Shown: positions 48,115 through 57,411, counted from the first letter of the stretch. The stretch is 64,000 nt of DNA from Myxococcota bacterium (GCA_036338695.1 JAYZBQ010000048.1:352001-416000); one strand, 5' to 3'. Notes: generated by a model not told the origin, from the letters alone. A program made the numbers and translations.

Positions 48115-48965
48115 CGCTCGAGCCACAGCAAGGCCCATTCCCCCTCGCAGCTTAAGCGGCGCTGCGTCAGCCCGTGGGGCGCATAGGCGGCTAAGACCTC
48201 ATCGATTTGACGGGTCAAGAGGCCACTCAGGAGCAAGCAGCCGTCGTCGGCTACGTTCGCAGCCAGGGCGCGCGCATGCTCGATCAGCACCGGTGCCAAA
48301 ATATTGGCGATCACCGTGTCGTAGGTCGCACCGTCGGGCGGGCGTTCAGCGCACGCAAGGGTGTAGGGTGACGCCATGCCTTGCGACGACAGGTTCTCGG
48401 TCGCCACGTCGACGGCGAGCGGGTCGTTGTCGATCAGGGTGAGCGCGTCGGCGCCGAGCAGGTCTGCGGCGATCGCGAGGATGCCCGTGCCGCAACCAAA
48501 ATCGAGCACGGTCCCGAGCGTATGTTCCGCCGCTCGTTGATCCAGCGCTCGAGCGCAAAGCGCCGTCGTTGCGTGCTGACCGGTTCCAAACGCCGAGCCT
48601 GGATCCACCTTGATGATGCAGGTCGACGTCGCCGCCTGGTAGTGCTCCCAGCTCGGGACGACCACCAGGCGTGGGCTCAGCCGGAGGGGCTTGAAGTGCG
48701 CCTTCCAGGACTCGGCCCAGTCGATCGGATCGACCGCCGTGATCGATGGCGCTGCGCGCAGTCCGGGGAGCGCGCCGGCTGCCTCGAGCAGCGCCTCAAG
48801 CGTCGACCTTTCGCCGTAGGTGATGAGCTGGACTTCGTCGGCGGGGATCGCAGGATCGACGGCAGCATCGCGCCACTCAAAGCCCGGAGCACCACAGAGC
48901 ATCAGGCGCCCGATTAGAGCGTCTGCGTGGGCAGCCGCTGAGCAGAGTGTGAGCCTGTGATTCAT
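48111..48965 (-). CDS. prmA: Ribosomal protein L11 methyltransferase
   Basis: DWAESWKAHFKP, DPGSAFGTGQHATT, LDFGCGTGILAI, ANILA, LSGL. Confidence 0.95.
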   Translation of the reverse strand: MNHRLTLCSAAAHADALIGRLMLCGAPGFEWRDAAVDPAIPADEVQLITYGERSTLEALLEAAGALPGLRAAPSITAVDPIDWAESWKAHFKPLRLSPRLVVVPSWEHYQAATSTCIIKVDPGSAFGTGQHATTALCARALDQRAAEHTLGTVLDFGCGTGILAIAADLLGADALTLIDNDPLAVDVATENLSSQGMASPYTLACAERPPDGATYDTVIANILAPVLIEHARALAANVADDGCLLLSGLLTRQIDEVLAAYAPHGLTQRRLSCEGEWALLWLER

Positions 48966-49077
48966 CCTGTGTTTCCCGCTAGAGCCCGTCCTTGGCTAAC
49001 CCAGACTTTCGTCAATTGCTACGTGCGGATGTGCTGGCCAGTTGGCCACTCGGTCGGGCGGCGCCGTGGTAATAGCC

Positions 49078-49106
49078 TTGACACTTAAAGGGCGCATCCT
49101 TAGTTA
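49078..49106 (+). promoter_or_regulatory. Possible sigma70-type promoter of rplU-rpmA
   Basis: TTGACA-N17-TAGTTA; the -10 element is non-consensus. Confidence 0.4.
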
Positions 49107-49143
49107 CGCCCGCCCTGCCCGGTGCAGGCTGTGAGGAGACACC

Positions 49144-49488
49144 ATGTTCGCTGTGGTGCATACCGGTGGTAACCAAGAACGCGTCGAAGTCGGCGATTAC
49201 CTTCGAATTCCGCACCGAGACGGCTCGGTCGGCGACGAGATCACTTTTGATCGCGTGCTGCTGCTCAAGGATGACTCGGGGATCCGCGTGGGGTCGGGCC
49301 TGCTCGATGGCGCCTCCGTCAAGGCGGTCATCGTACGTCAAGACACCAAGGACCTCGACGAGCGCAAGACCCCGCTGATGGGTAAAAAGATCCTCGTGGT
49401 GAAGCGCAAGCGCCGTAAGAAGTATCGCCGAAAGATCGGTTTCCGTGCGTTGTATACGCAAATCCGAATCACTGAGATTAACAGCTAA
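49144..49488 (+). CDS. rplU: 50S ribosomal protein L21
   Basis: MFAVVHTGGNQ.RV..GD, KK..V.K.KRRKKYRRK.G; upstream of rpmA. Confidence 0.93.
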   Translation: MFAVVHTGGNQERVEVGDYLRIPHRDGSVGDEITFDRVLLLKDDSGIRVGSGLLDGASVKAVIVRQDTKDLDERKTPLMGKKILVVKRKRRKKYRRKIGFRALYTQIRITEINS

Positions 49489-49503
49489 GAGGGGACAGAC
49501 ACC

Positions 49504-49761
49504 ATGGCACATAAAAAAGGTCAGGGCTCATCTCGTAACGGTCGCGACTCCAACCCGCAGTACCTCGGCGTCAAGAAGTACGGCGGCGAGAGCGTCCGAG
49601 CTGGTAACATCCTGGTGCGTCAGCGCGGCACGAAGATCCGTCCGGGCAACAACGTCGGGATGGGGCGTGACTTCACGCTCTTTGCGCTCGTCGATGGGAC
49701 CGTGGCGTACAACTCGCATCGAAGCGGGCGACGCCAGGTAAGCATCGAGCCGCAAGCTTAA
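49504..49761 (+). CDS. rpmA: 50S ribosomal protein L27
   Basis: [16 protein letters not shown]...LGVK...[10 protein letters not shown]. Confidence 0.99.
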   Translation: MAHKKGQGSSRNGRDSNPQYLGVKKYGGESVRAGNILVRQRGTKIRPGNNVGMGRDFTLFALVDGTVAYNSHRSGRRQVSIEPQA

Positions 49762-49783
49762 GCGCTGTGATGTAGCGTCAAGG

Positions 49784-49821
49784 AACGGGAGCGGCGAGCG
49801 GCTGCTCCCGTTGCGCTTTTT
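49784..49821 (+). terminator. Hairpin/terminator between rpmA and obg
   Basis: Stem AACGGGAGCGGC / GCTGCTCCCGTT, then GCGCTTTTT directly before the obg ATG. Confidence 0.6.
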
Positions 49822-50889
49822 ATGAAGTTTATCGACTCGGTAAAGATCACCGTTCAAGCCGGCGATGGCGGCCCGGGGGCGCTGACCTTCAACCGCCTCC
49901 CGGGGCGGCCGAATGGCCCAGCGAACGGCGGAGATGGCGGACGCGGCGGCGACGTGGTTTTGCGCGGTGATCACCGCCTCAACACGCTCCTCGAGTTTCG
50001 CTTTAAACCGCTGCATCGAGCAGCGCACGGGGCGCGCGGTGGCTCCAACCGGAAAACCGGCAAGAACGCGCCCGCGCTGGTGTTGCCCGTGCCCTTGGGC
50101 ACGATCGTCTCGGCGATCGACGACGAGGGCGCGACGGATCGCCTCGGAGAGATCGTTGCGGAGGGTGAAGAGCTCGTCGTGGCGAGAGGGGGGCGCTCAG
50201 GTAAGGGCAACGCGCGCTTCATCAGCCCATCACGGCCTCGCCCTGATTTTGTGTTGGACCCAGACCCTGGGCAGCGCGTCGAATTGGGGCTTGAGCTCAA
50301 GCTCATGGCGGATATTGGGCTGCTCGGTATGCCAAACGCCGGCAAATCAACCTTGGTCCAGGCGGTCTCTAACGCCCGGCCGGAGGTCGCAGACTACCCC
50401 TTTACGACCAAGGCGCCGAGTCTCTGCGTCGCTCGTCGCTATGAGCGTGATCTCGTGATCGCTGATATCCCGGGCTTGGTCGAGGGCGCCAGCGCTGGCG
50501 TGGGTCTGGGCCATCAGTTCCTCAAACACGTCGAGCGGGTGAGCGGACTAGCCCATCTGGTGACGCTGCCTGCCTTTACCGACGAGGACCCGCTCGAGGT
50601 CATGTGCCGTGATTTCGAGACCATCGAGCGAGAGCTAGCGCGTTACAGCCCAGAGCTCGCCAAGCGACCTAGGATCGCCGTAGTCAGTCAGGTCGATCGC
50701 CCAGAGGTCTCCGAGTGCGTTGCCCGATTTAAGCGCTGGTGCGCCGAGCGCTCGATGCAGTGTTTCGCCATCTCCAGCCATCGACGAGAGGGCTTAGAGC
50801 CGCTGCTTGATGCGCTCGTCCGGTTGGTCCCTCAAGGGCCTGCGCTGCCTGTGGTCAGCGAGGGCGCCTTCGATCCGCTAGCGACGTAG
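49822..50889 (+). CDS. obgE: GTPase Obg
   Basis: MKFID, Gly-rich Obg fold, GMPNAGKST, YPFTT, DIPGL, GLGHQFLKHVER. Confidence 0.96.
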   Translation: MKFIDSVKITVQAGDGGPGALTFNRLPGRPNGPANGGDGGRGGDVVLRGDHRLNTLLEFRFKPLHRAAHGARGGSNRKTGKNAPALVLPVPLGTIVSAIDDEGATDRLGEIVAEGEELVVARGGRSGKGNARFISPSRPRPDFVLDPDPGQRVELGLELKLMADIGLLGMPNAGKSTLVQAVSNARPEVADYPFTTKAPSLCVARRYERDLVIADIPGLVEGASAGVGLGHQFLKHVERVSGLAHLVTLPAFTDEDPLEVMCRDFETIERELARYSPELAKRPRIAVVSQVDRPEVSECVARFKRWCAERSMQCFAISSHRREGLEPLLDALVRLVPQGPALPVVSEGAFDPLAT

Positions 50890-51792
50890 TCGAAACCAGC
50901 CCCCTTTGAGCTCGCTCGGCGCTGCGGCGTCGACGCGTAAGCTGCGCGTGAGGCTCAGCTGAACGCCGGCTTGCTGCGCCGCTTGGTGGTGCGCTCGCTC
51001 GACCTCCTGGGCTGAGATCGAGTGGGTGTTGACGACGCTTAGAAACCGCCCGTTATCGGCGACGACGCTCAGGCTCGCCTCGAGCAGTTCGACCAGTGAG
51101 TCTTTAAGGCTGCGCCCCCTGCCTTTGGGGGTGCGTCCGAACGTCGGCGGGTCATGGATCACCAGGTCAAAGCGCTCTTGGCGCCGCTGAGCGCGCCGGC
51201 AGTACGCGAGCGCATCGTCGCAGAGGCGGCGGGTCTGGACTTGGTTTACCTCCTCGTTGGCGCGGATCATCCCGAGGGTGCTCTTGAGCGCGTCGACCTG
51301 GACCACGCGTTCGGCTCCTGCTCGCGCCGCGTGGATCCCAAACAAGCCACTGTAGGCGTACAGGTTGAGCACGGACCCGAGCGCTTGGAGTTGACCGACC
51401 GCCAGCCGCTCCGGCCGTAAATCAGGAAAGAGGCCGTAGCTCAGGCTCTGCGGGTGAATGCGCAGCACCACCCGAGCGTCACCTTCCATGAGCTCGATTC
51501 GCTCGGGTAATGCGCCGCCGAGCTCGAGCGCAACGGCTCCTTGACCGCCTTTTTGTCTCGATCGCAGCGTCAGGCCTTTGAGACCCAAGGCCTCCATCAA
51601 CGCCTCAAGATCACCCTGTGTGACCGGGGGTTCGTCTTGATTGACGGTGCCAAAGGCGTAGTCGCCGAGTCGGTCGAGCACGAAGCCGTCGAGTTGATCC
51701 GCTCGGCCGGCGACCAAGCGGCAGACCTCACGGTTCTGCGTCGCCCGCGCGCCGCGCCGCTCGATCGCTGCCCTAAGTCGCTGGCTGCGCAT
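50878..51792 (-). CDS. RlmI/RlmK-like SAM-dependent methyltransferase
   Basis: GLFPDLR, VLNLYAYSG, FDLVIHDPPTF. Confidence 0.85.
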   Translation of the reverse strand: MRSQRLRAAIERRGARATQNREVCRLVAGRADQLDGFVLDRLGDYAFGTVNQDEPPVTQGDLEALMEALGLKGLTLRSRQKGGQGAVALELGGALPERIELMEGDARVVLRIHPQSLSYGLFPDLRPERLAVGQLQALGSVLNLYAYSGLFGIHAARAGAERVVQVDALKSTLGMIRANEEVNQVQTRRLCDDALAYCRRAQRRQERFDLVIHDPPTFGRTPKGRGRSLKDSLVELLEASLSVVADNGRFLSVVNTHSISAQEVERAHHQAAQQAGVQLSLTRSLRVDAAAPSELKGGWFRLRR

Positions 51793-53440
51793 CTCGCTTG
51801 ATCGCGTAGTATTGGTGCCCGATGCCCAAGATGGTGTTGACGAGGATGTAGATCACCAGCCCCGAAGGCAGCGCGATCATGAACACGGTCATCATCACCG
51901 GCATGACCTTCATGATCATCTGTTGTTGCGGGTTATCGCTCATTTGCGGCTGCAGTTTTTGCTGCATGAAGAAGACCACGCCGAGTACGACAGGCAGGAT
52001 GTAGAAGGGGTCGGCGAGCGTCAGGTCGTCGAGCCACCCTGGGATAAACGGGCTCCCGTACAGCTCAACGGCGACGCGTAGTGTCGAGTACAGCGCAAAC
52101 CAGACTGGGATCTGCAGCAACATCGGGAGGCAGCCCCCGGCTGGATTGACGCCCCGCTCCTTGAACATCTCCATCTGTTTTTGAGCGAGCATCTGCTTAT
52201 CGGCTTTGTACTTCTCGCGCAGCGCCGTGAGCTCCGGTTGGATCTCCTTCATGCGCGCCATCGAGCGGAAGCTCATGTCGGTGATCGGCCACAAGAGCAG
52301 CTTGACCGTAAAGGTGAGCAGGATAATGGCGAGGCCGTAGTTTCCGAGCAGTGAGAAGTAGAAGGTCAGCAGCCAAAGCATGGGCTGCGCGATGAATTTG
52401 AAGATCCCAAAATCGATGGTGTCTCGAAGCTTCGGATCGACCGAGCCGAGCAGGTCATCGCTTTTGGGGAGCAGGTACAAGGTGTTGTTCCACGTCATGC
52501 TCTGACCTGCGGCTAGCTGAAACGGCTTGGTGGCCTGAGCGACGACGACGTCGAGGGTCTCGCCTGACCCTTCCGGCGCGCCGTTGCGGACACTCAGCGA
52601 GCACCCTTGCGCGTCGCCCCCTGTAAAGACCACCGCAAAGAAGTTGCGATCGACGCCAAAGAGGTAGGGCTTATCGAGCTTCGGCTGTTCGTCTTTGAGG
52701 TCGCTGGCGAACTCGGCGGTCAGCTCTTCGCCGCTGTGGCAGAGGCTGCGCGGGAGATCAGGCGGACCGCTGAACATCGACCCGCCAAGCAGCGGGTCCG
52801 CCATACTCAGGCTCAACGCAGCCGCGCCTTGTGTCGTCTGTCGGGCGGTCACCTCGAGCTGGTGCTCAAGGCCGTGCTCGCTCAGGTTCCAGGTCCGCTT
52901 GAGATCGAGCGTAGGCGTCTGAGCGCGATAGGTCACCGAGCGCTCGGTCGCTTGTGTCTGCGACCAAGATGTCGGCGTGAGCCCCTCAAGGCTCAGCGCT
53001 GCGAAGTCCGGTCGCCCCTTAGCGAGATCGACCACTGGGCGGTCCTCTTCGGTCCCCGGCTCGCGGTAGATCTTCCCGTGTGCTCGGTCAACGAGGGTCA
53101 CCGCAGTGGGTTGTGCCCCGAGACTTGAGAGCGTGACGCTGCGCTGATGGTCTTCGAGGGTGACCGTTTGCTCTTTAAAATCGACCGCTGGTGGCGCTTG
53201 CTCAGCGGCTGGCGCCGGCGCTTGTGCGGGCGTCGTCTCGCTGCTTGGTTTCGTTGCGGGCGCTGACGGCGCCGCTTGGGTTTGCTCCGCAACCGCCGGC
53301 TCTGCCGGCGGCTGGGGCTCCGCCACGGGTGGCGGGAACAGGCTGTTCCATAGCATCAGGACGGCCATGGAGACCGCCATGGCGAGCATCATGCGTTTGT
53401 TTTCAGCCTGCTTTTGCGCTGGGTCTCGAAACTCGCTCAT
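51773..53440 (-). CDS. yidC: Membrane protein insertase YidC
   Basis: IDFG, GNYGLAIILLT, VNPAGGCLPMLLQIP, WLDDLT..DP, PSGL.IY. Confidence 0.97.
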   Translation of the reverse strand: MSEFRDPAQKQAENKRMMLAMAVSMAVLMLWNSLFPPPVAEPQPPAEPAVAEQTQAAPSAPATKPSSETTPAQAPAPAAEQAPPAVDFKEQTVTLEDHQRSVTLSSLGAQPTAVTLVDRAHGKIYREPGTEEDRPVVDLAKGRPDFAALSLEGLTPTSWSQTQATERSVTYRAQTPTLDLKRTWNLSEHGLEHQLEVTARQTTQGAAALSLSMADPLLGGSMFSGPPDLPRSLCHSGEELTAEFASDLKDEQPKLDKPYLFGVDRNFFAVVFTGGDAQGCSLSVRNGAPEGSGETLDVVVAQATKPFQLAAGQSMTWNNTLYLLPKSDDLLGSVDPKLRDTIDFGIFKFIAQPMLWLLTFYFSLLGNYGLAIILLTFTVKLLLWPITDMSFRSMARMKEIQPELTALREKYKADKQMLAQKQMEMFKERGVNPAGGCLPMLLQIPVWFALYSTLRVAVELYGSPFIPGWLDDLTLADPFYILPVVLGVVFFMQQKLQPQMSDNPQQQMIMKVMPVMMTVFMIALPSGLVIYILVNTILGIGHQYYAIKRDAQPAT

Positions 53441-53802
53441 GGTGTCCTTTGCCGGGTGTGCGCGCGCTCAGCGGCGCTCAGGAGATCCTGCTGGAGTCGA
53501 CTGTAATCCGCCTGTGCTGCGTCCGGGTGGGCGATGATCACGAAGCAGTGGCGTTGCGGGAACGCGCTTCGGTTCTGGCGGATGATCTCTTTGAGCCGTC
53601 GACGGACTTTGTTTCGGACGACCGCCTTCCCGACTTTTTTGGAGACGGTGAAGCCGAAGCGACTGTGCGGGAGTCGGTGCTGCGCCATAAAGACGACGAC
53701 ATTCCCTGCGGCGATTCGCTGACCACGCCGTTGCGTCCGCAGAAAGTGCTGGCGTTTGCGGAGCCTGAACCGGCGCGCAAACCCGAGCGCCGGTTGCGTC
53801 AC
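53437..53802 (-). CDS. rnpA: Ribonuclease P protein component
   Basis: Start at GTG 53802 (GTGA overlap with rpmH). [31 protein letters not shown]. Confidence 0.95.
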   Translation of the reverse strand: MTQPALGFARRFRLRKRQHFLRTQRRGQRIAAGNVVVFMAQHRLPHSRFGFTVSKKVGKAVVRNKVRRRLKEIIRQNRSAFPQRHCFVIIAHPDAAQADYSRLQQDLLSAAERAHTRQRTP

Positions 53803-53948
53803 TTCGTGTAAAGCTTGACCGTCAGGCGCTTCCGCCCCTTCGAGCGGCGCCGGGCGAGGACCTTGCGGCCATCGGCGGTTGCCATTCGGGAGCGGAAACC
53901 GTGGCGTCGAGCGCGTCGAATGCGGCTGGGCTGATAAGTGCGCTTCAT
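53799..53948 (-). CDS. rpmH: 50S ribosomal protein L34
   Basis: Not in the ORF track. Reads [49 protein letters not shown]. Confidence 0.98.
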   Translation of the reverse strand: MKRTYQPSRIRRARRHGFRSRMATADGRKVLARRRSKGRKRLTVKLYTK

Positions 53949-54157
53949 GATTCAAACTCCCGTATTCAAAGGGCTGCGCCAACTAATAGTCCGACCGGTG
54001 AGGGTCAACAAAAATACGGTGTTCTCGGGGCGCTCTCTGGCCACCCTGTCACCGGCGAAGCGGCGCGATTTGAGCCGGCTCAAGAAGGGAGAGTAATCTC
54101 TTTGCTCGCTCGAGCAGGGCGAGTTATATCCCGGGTTCATGGGGAGATGATCGGCGG

Positions 54158-55561
54158 ATGGAGCCTTCGCAGACATTACAGCGACGCTGGACCGACTTTG
54201 TCGCCGAGGTGATTCAGGCTTCCCCTGATCTCCACGCTCAGAGCCGGACGGTGCTCGGGTCCCTCTATGCGGTCTCCGAAGAAGCTGGCGTTCTGACGCT
54301 CACACCGAAGAACATGCTCATGGTGCGGGTCGTTGAGAACTACGTCCCCATGATCGTGGAGCATCTTGCGCAGCGATGGGGTCACCCGGTTGAGCGTCTG
54401 GTGATTGAGTACCACCCGGACGTGGTCACGGAAGAGCCCGACAACGATGCGCTCCCCCTCTTCGCAACGCAGCCGGCAGCGCCGAAGCCGCAGGTGGCGC
54501 CAAAGAAACCGGTGGCGCACGAGTATGGCTCGCCGCTCGATGACTTGATGACCCTCGAGACGTTCATGGCCGACTCGAGCAACGATGAGGCTTTTTTCGC
54601 GGCCAAGTCCTTCGCAAGTAAGGGCGGAACGCGGTTCAATCCGTTGTATATTTACGGTCAAAGCGGGACGGGAAAGACGCACCTGATCAGCGCCATTGGT
54701 AACGCGATCAAGGCACGTAATCCCAACACGCCGGTGCTCTTCTTTAACGGTGATGAGTTCGTCACCCTCGTGATCGATCACATCCGCAAACAGCGAATGC
54801 AGCTTTTTCGGCGCGGGGTGCAGCTCGAAGGCGCCATCTTGTTAGTCGACGACGTGCAGCTGTTGTCGGGCAAGGAGCACTCCCTCGGCGAGCTCTTCAA
54901 CCTGTTCAATTGGCATCAAGCGCGCGGGGCGCGGCTCGCCTTCACCTCGGATCTGCCGCCGGATCAGATCCGTGGCTTGCCCGAGCGGTTGCGCTCGCGG
55001 ATGAGCGGCGGCTTGGTCGTCGAGGTCCAGCCGCCTCTGTTTGAGACCCGCGTTGCGATCGTTCAGTCGGCGGCTGAGACCATCAGCCGCGGCTACCATC
55101 AGGTACCCCGCACGGTCGCCGAGCTGCTCGCCGAGCTGTATTGTGACAACACGCGCGATCTCGTCGGCGCCGTGAAGCGGTTGGTGCTGCGCGCCGAGCT
55201 GCGCAGCGCCAGCGAGATCACCCTCGAGTTAGCGCAAGAGATGTTCGGCGACGTCCGGGCGCGCCGGCTGCATCAAAGCCCCGATCAGATCGCACGAGCG
55301 CTCGCCAACCTCCTCGACGTGGAATTCTCAGCGGTGCGCGGTAAGGGGCGGACCCGCCGTCTGGTCCAGGCGCGCATCTGGATCGCCGGGTTGGTCAGGG
55401 ATCTGACACCTGCCAGCCAGACCGAGATCGGTCAGCTCCTCGGGCGCGATCACTCGACGATCCACCACACCCTCGGTCGGTACACCGACCTCGTCAACAG
55501 CAAGGATGGGGCGCTTCAGCGCGACGCCCTCAAGCGCCGGCTGCAGAAAGAGATGGGCTAG
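54158..55561 (+). CDS. dnaA: Chromosomal replication initiator DnaA
   Basis: FNPLYIYGQSGTGKTHL, LLVDDVQ, ELFNLFN, RLRSRMSGGL, PPLFETRVAI, GRDHSTI; divergent from rpmH. Confidence 0.95.
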   Translation: MEPSQTLQRRWTDFVAEVIQASPDLHAQSRTVLGSLYAVSEEAGVLTLTPKNMLMVRVVENYVPMIVEHLAQRWGHPVERLVIEYHPDVVTEEPDNDALPLFATQPAAPKPQVAPKKPVAHEYGSPLDDLMTLETFMADSSNDEAFFAAKSFASKGGTRFNPLYIYGQSGTGKTHLISAIGNAIKARNPNTPVLFFNGDEFVTLVIDHIRKQRMQLFRRGVQLEGAILLVDDVQLLSGKEHSLGELFNLFNWHQARGARLAFTSDLPPDQIRGLPERLRSRMSGGLVVEVQPPLFETRVAIVQSAAETISRGYHQVPRTVAELLAELYCDNTRDLVGAVKRLVLRAELRSASEITLELAQEMFGDVRARRLHQSPDQIARALANLLDVEFSAVRGKGRTRRLVQARIWIAGLVRDLTPASQTEIGQLLGRDHSTIHHTLGRYTDLVNSKDGALQRDALKRRLQKEMG

Positions 55562-55809
55562 AGCGCCTGGTCCAGGCGCTCGCTCAAGAGGCTCTGTAGG
55601 TGACGCCGCATCGCCCGGCGTTCGGCTGGCGAGGGCGCCCGCCCGCCGCGTCGCTCGATCCAATCGGCGCACCAGGTGATCGTCTGGTCGACGAGGTCGA
55701 CGCGCTCTTGCGTAGCGTCTTTTGCGGGAAGCTCCAGCTGGTCACCGATGAAGTGATCGAGGATCCGGTAGGCACGCCTTAGCAGGGTGAGATCGATCAA
55801 TTCGCCCAT
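55558..55809 (-). CDS. Small hypothetical protein
   Basis: Probable start ATG 55809 (MGELIDL) with SD-like AGGAG; stop overlaps the dnaA stop. Confidence 0.5.
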   Translation of the reverse strand: MGELIDLTLLRRAYRILDHFIGDQLELPAKDATQERVDLVDQTITWCADWIERRGGRAPSPAERRAMRRHLQSLLSERLDQAL

Positions 55810-55911
55810 GTCTTTATGCTCCTGATTGACGCTCCCATGGGCGCGCTGCCAGCACAAAAAAACAGCCTGAACTTCGCTTGGAATTGGCACCATAATGCCG
55901 TTTAATCAGGT

Positions 55912-56400
55912 ATGGTTGGTTCCCTTTATCTCATCGCCTTAGCGACCCTCCCGGTCTACCCGGGCGCCGTGCACAAGGAGCTGGCAAAGGTCGACCGCCC
56001 TGAGATGAAGACCTATTGGGTTGAGCAGCCCACGAGCGTGGTCGTCGCGTGGTACGAGCGGCGTCTCAAACGTCCCGCCAAACGCCTTAAGGCTGAAGGC
56101 TTTCCGACCTTTAGCTTGGCGCTCAAAGAGCGTCGCCTGGGCTTCAACGGGCAGCCGAAGAGCGTCTTGATCAAGGGGGTCGTCGTCTGGGGGCAAGAGG
56201 GGGGTTCCACCTACATCGCCTTGGTCGATCGAGACGTCCCAAGTGGCCCTTTCCCGCTTCCGCAGGGGCAGGGGCGGCTCGACTATGGACCGGACGCAAA
56301 GGTCAAGAAGGCGGTGGGCGCAGACCCTGATCGCTACCGCGGGGGCGCGCTGGAGGGGCGCTCGGTTCAAGGGCGCTCGGTCCGCGGGCGATTGCCCTAA
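55912..56400 (+). CDS. Hypothetical exported protein
   Basis: Hydrophobic N-terminus; LPVYPGA...VVAWYE..L motif. Confidence 0.55.
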   Translation: MVGSLYLIALATLPVYPGAVHKELAKVDRPEMKTYWVEQPTSVVVAWYERRLKRPAKRLKAEGFPTFSLALKERRLGFNGQPKSVLIKGVVVWGQEGGSTYIALVDRDVPSGPFPLPQGQGRLDYGPDAKVKKAVGADPDRYRGGALEGRSVQGRSVRGRLP

Positions 56401-56816
56401 TGCGCTGGCTCTGGCGCGACCTGTTGCGTTGGCTCAGTGCGCTTGAGCGGGTCTTTGTCGACGGCAGAGTGGCGCCTGCTGTACCCCCCAAGGCTGGTGC
56501 GTCGAGCGCAGCGCAGCAGACCGGTTCACCACGCCAGGGGACGTCGCCTCTGGTGGATGGCTCGATCCCTGATTGGATGCGCCCTGCGCCAAGCGCCGCG
56601 CCAAGAAAAGCGCTGCCGATGGAGGTCGTATCGGCCTTGATGACGCTTGGGTTGGCCTCGCCGCCAGCGAAGGAGTCGCTCAAGAAGCGTATTCGAAGAG
56701 CGCTTGCGCAAGCACACCCTGATCGCCACCCCCCCGAGGACCACGCGCAGATGCGCCAGCGTCTCCATGAGATCCAGCGCGCACGCGAGGTCTTACGTCG
56801 GCATGGGTATGCATGA
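56400..56816 (+). CDS. C-terminal J-domain (DnaJ-like) protein
   Basis: ALMTLGL...RRALAQAHPDR...EIQRAREVL with intact HPD. Confidence 0.8.
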   Translation: MRWLWRDLLRWLSALERVFVDGRVAPAVPPKAGASSAAQQTGSPRQGTSPLVDGSIPDWMRPAPSAAPRKALPMEVVSALMTLGLASPPAKESLKKRIRRALAQAHPDRHPPEDHAQMRQRLHEIQRAREVLRRHGYA

Positions 56817-56878
56817 ATTCGGCGCATTGTGATTGACAAAGCGAGCAGACGCTACCTAGGAGCGCAGTGCTTGACCGA

Positions 56879-56954
56879 GCCTGGATAGCTCAGTCGGTAG
56901 AGCAGCGGATTGAAAATCCGCGTGTCGGGGGTTCGATTCCCTCTCCAGGCACCA
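56879..56954 (+). tRNA. tRNA-Phe (GAA)
   Basis: GCCTGGA acceptor stem, D-loop AGCTCAGTCGGTAGAGC, anticodon arm GCGGA-TTGAAAA-TCCGC, GGTTCGATTCC, encoded CCA. Confidence 0.98.
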
Positions 56955-57113
56955 AAGAACGCACGACGGCTCCGCCGTCGTTTTCTTTATTTTACGCCCT
57001 TGCGGAAAAGATTCGTTTGCTTACTTTGCGCTTGTTTCGTCTGAGGTGCGTGTGTACTCGGGCGGCAATTAATGGGTCTAGAATCTATATAAATACCTGA
57101 AATTGGAGAAGTA

Positions 57114-57404
57114 ATGAAGATTCGTCCTCTGCATGACCGCGTCGTCGTTCGGCGCGTCGAAGGTGAGCAACAGACCGCATCGGGTCTCTACATTCCGGAC
57201 ACTGCCCAAGAGAAGCAGGCGCGCGGCGAGGTCGTCGTCGCTGGCCCTGGCCGGACGAACGACAAAGGGGACGTCCGCGCGCTGACCGTAGCCGCTGGCG
57301 ATCAGATCCTGTTCAGCAAGTACTCGGGTACCGAGATCAAGCTCGACGGCGAAGAACTCATTATCCTGCGCGAAGATGACATTCTCGCAGTGGTCGATGC
57401 TTAA
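57114..57404 (+). CDS. groES: Co-chaperonin GroES
   Basis: [39 protein letters not shown]. Confidence 0.99.
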   Translation: MKIRPLHDRVVVRRVEGEQQTASGLYIPDTAQEKQARGEVVVAGPGRTNDKGDVRALTVAAGDQILFSKYSGTEIKLDGEELIILREDDILAVVDA

Positions 57405-57411
57405 GCACTAA

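Noticed and set aside
53949..54157. oriC in the rpmH-dnaA intergenic region
   Set aside because: No convincing DnaA boxes, trios or AT-rich unwinding element seen; the dnaN-upstream gap fits much better.
56867..57100. 77-aa ORF
   Set aside because: Translation of tRNA-Phe and its trailer.
56955..57113. CIRCE element upstream of groES
   Set aside because: No TTAGCACTC-N9-GAGTGCTAA match found.
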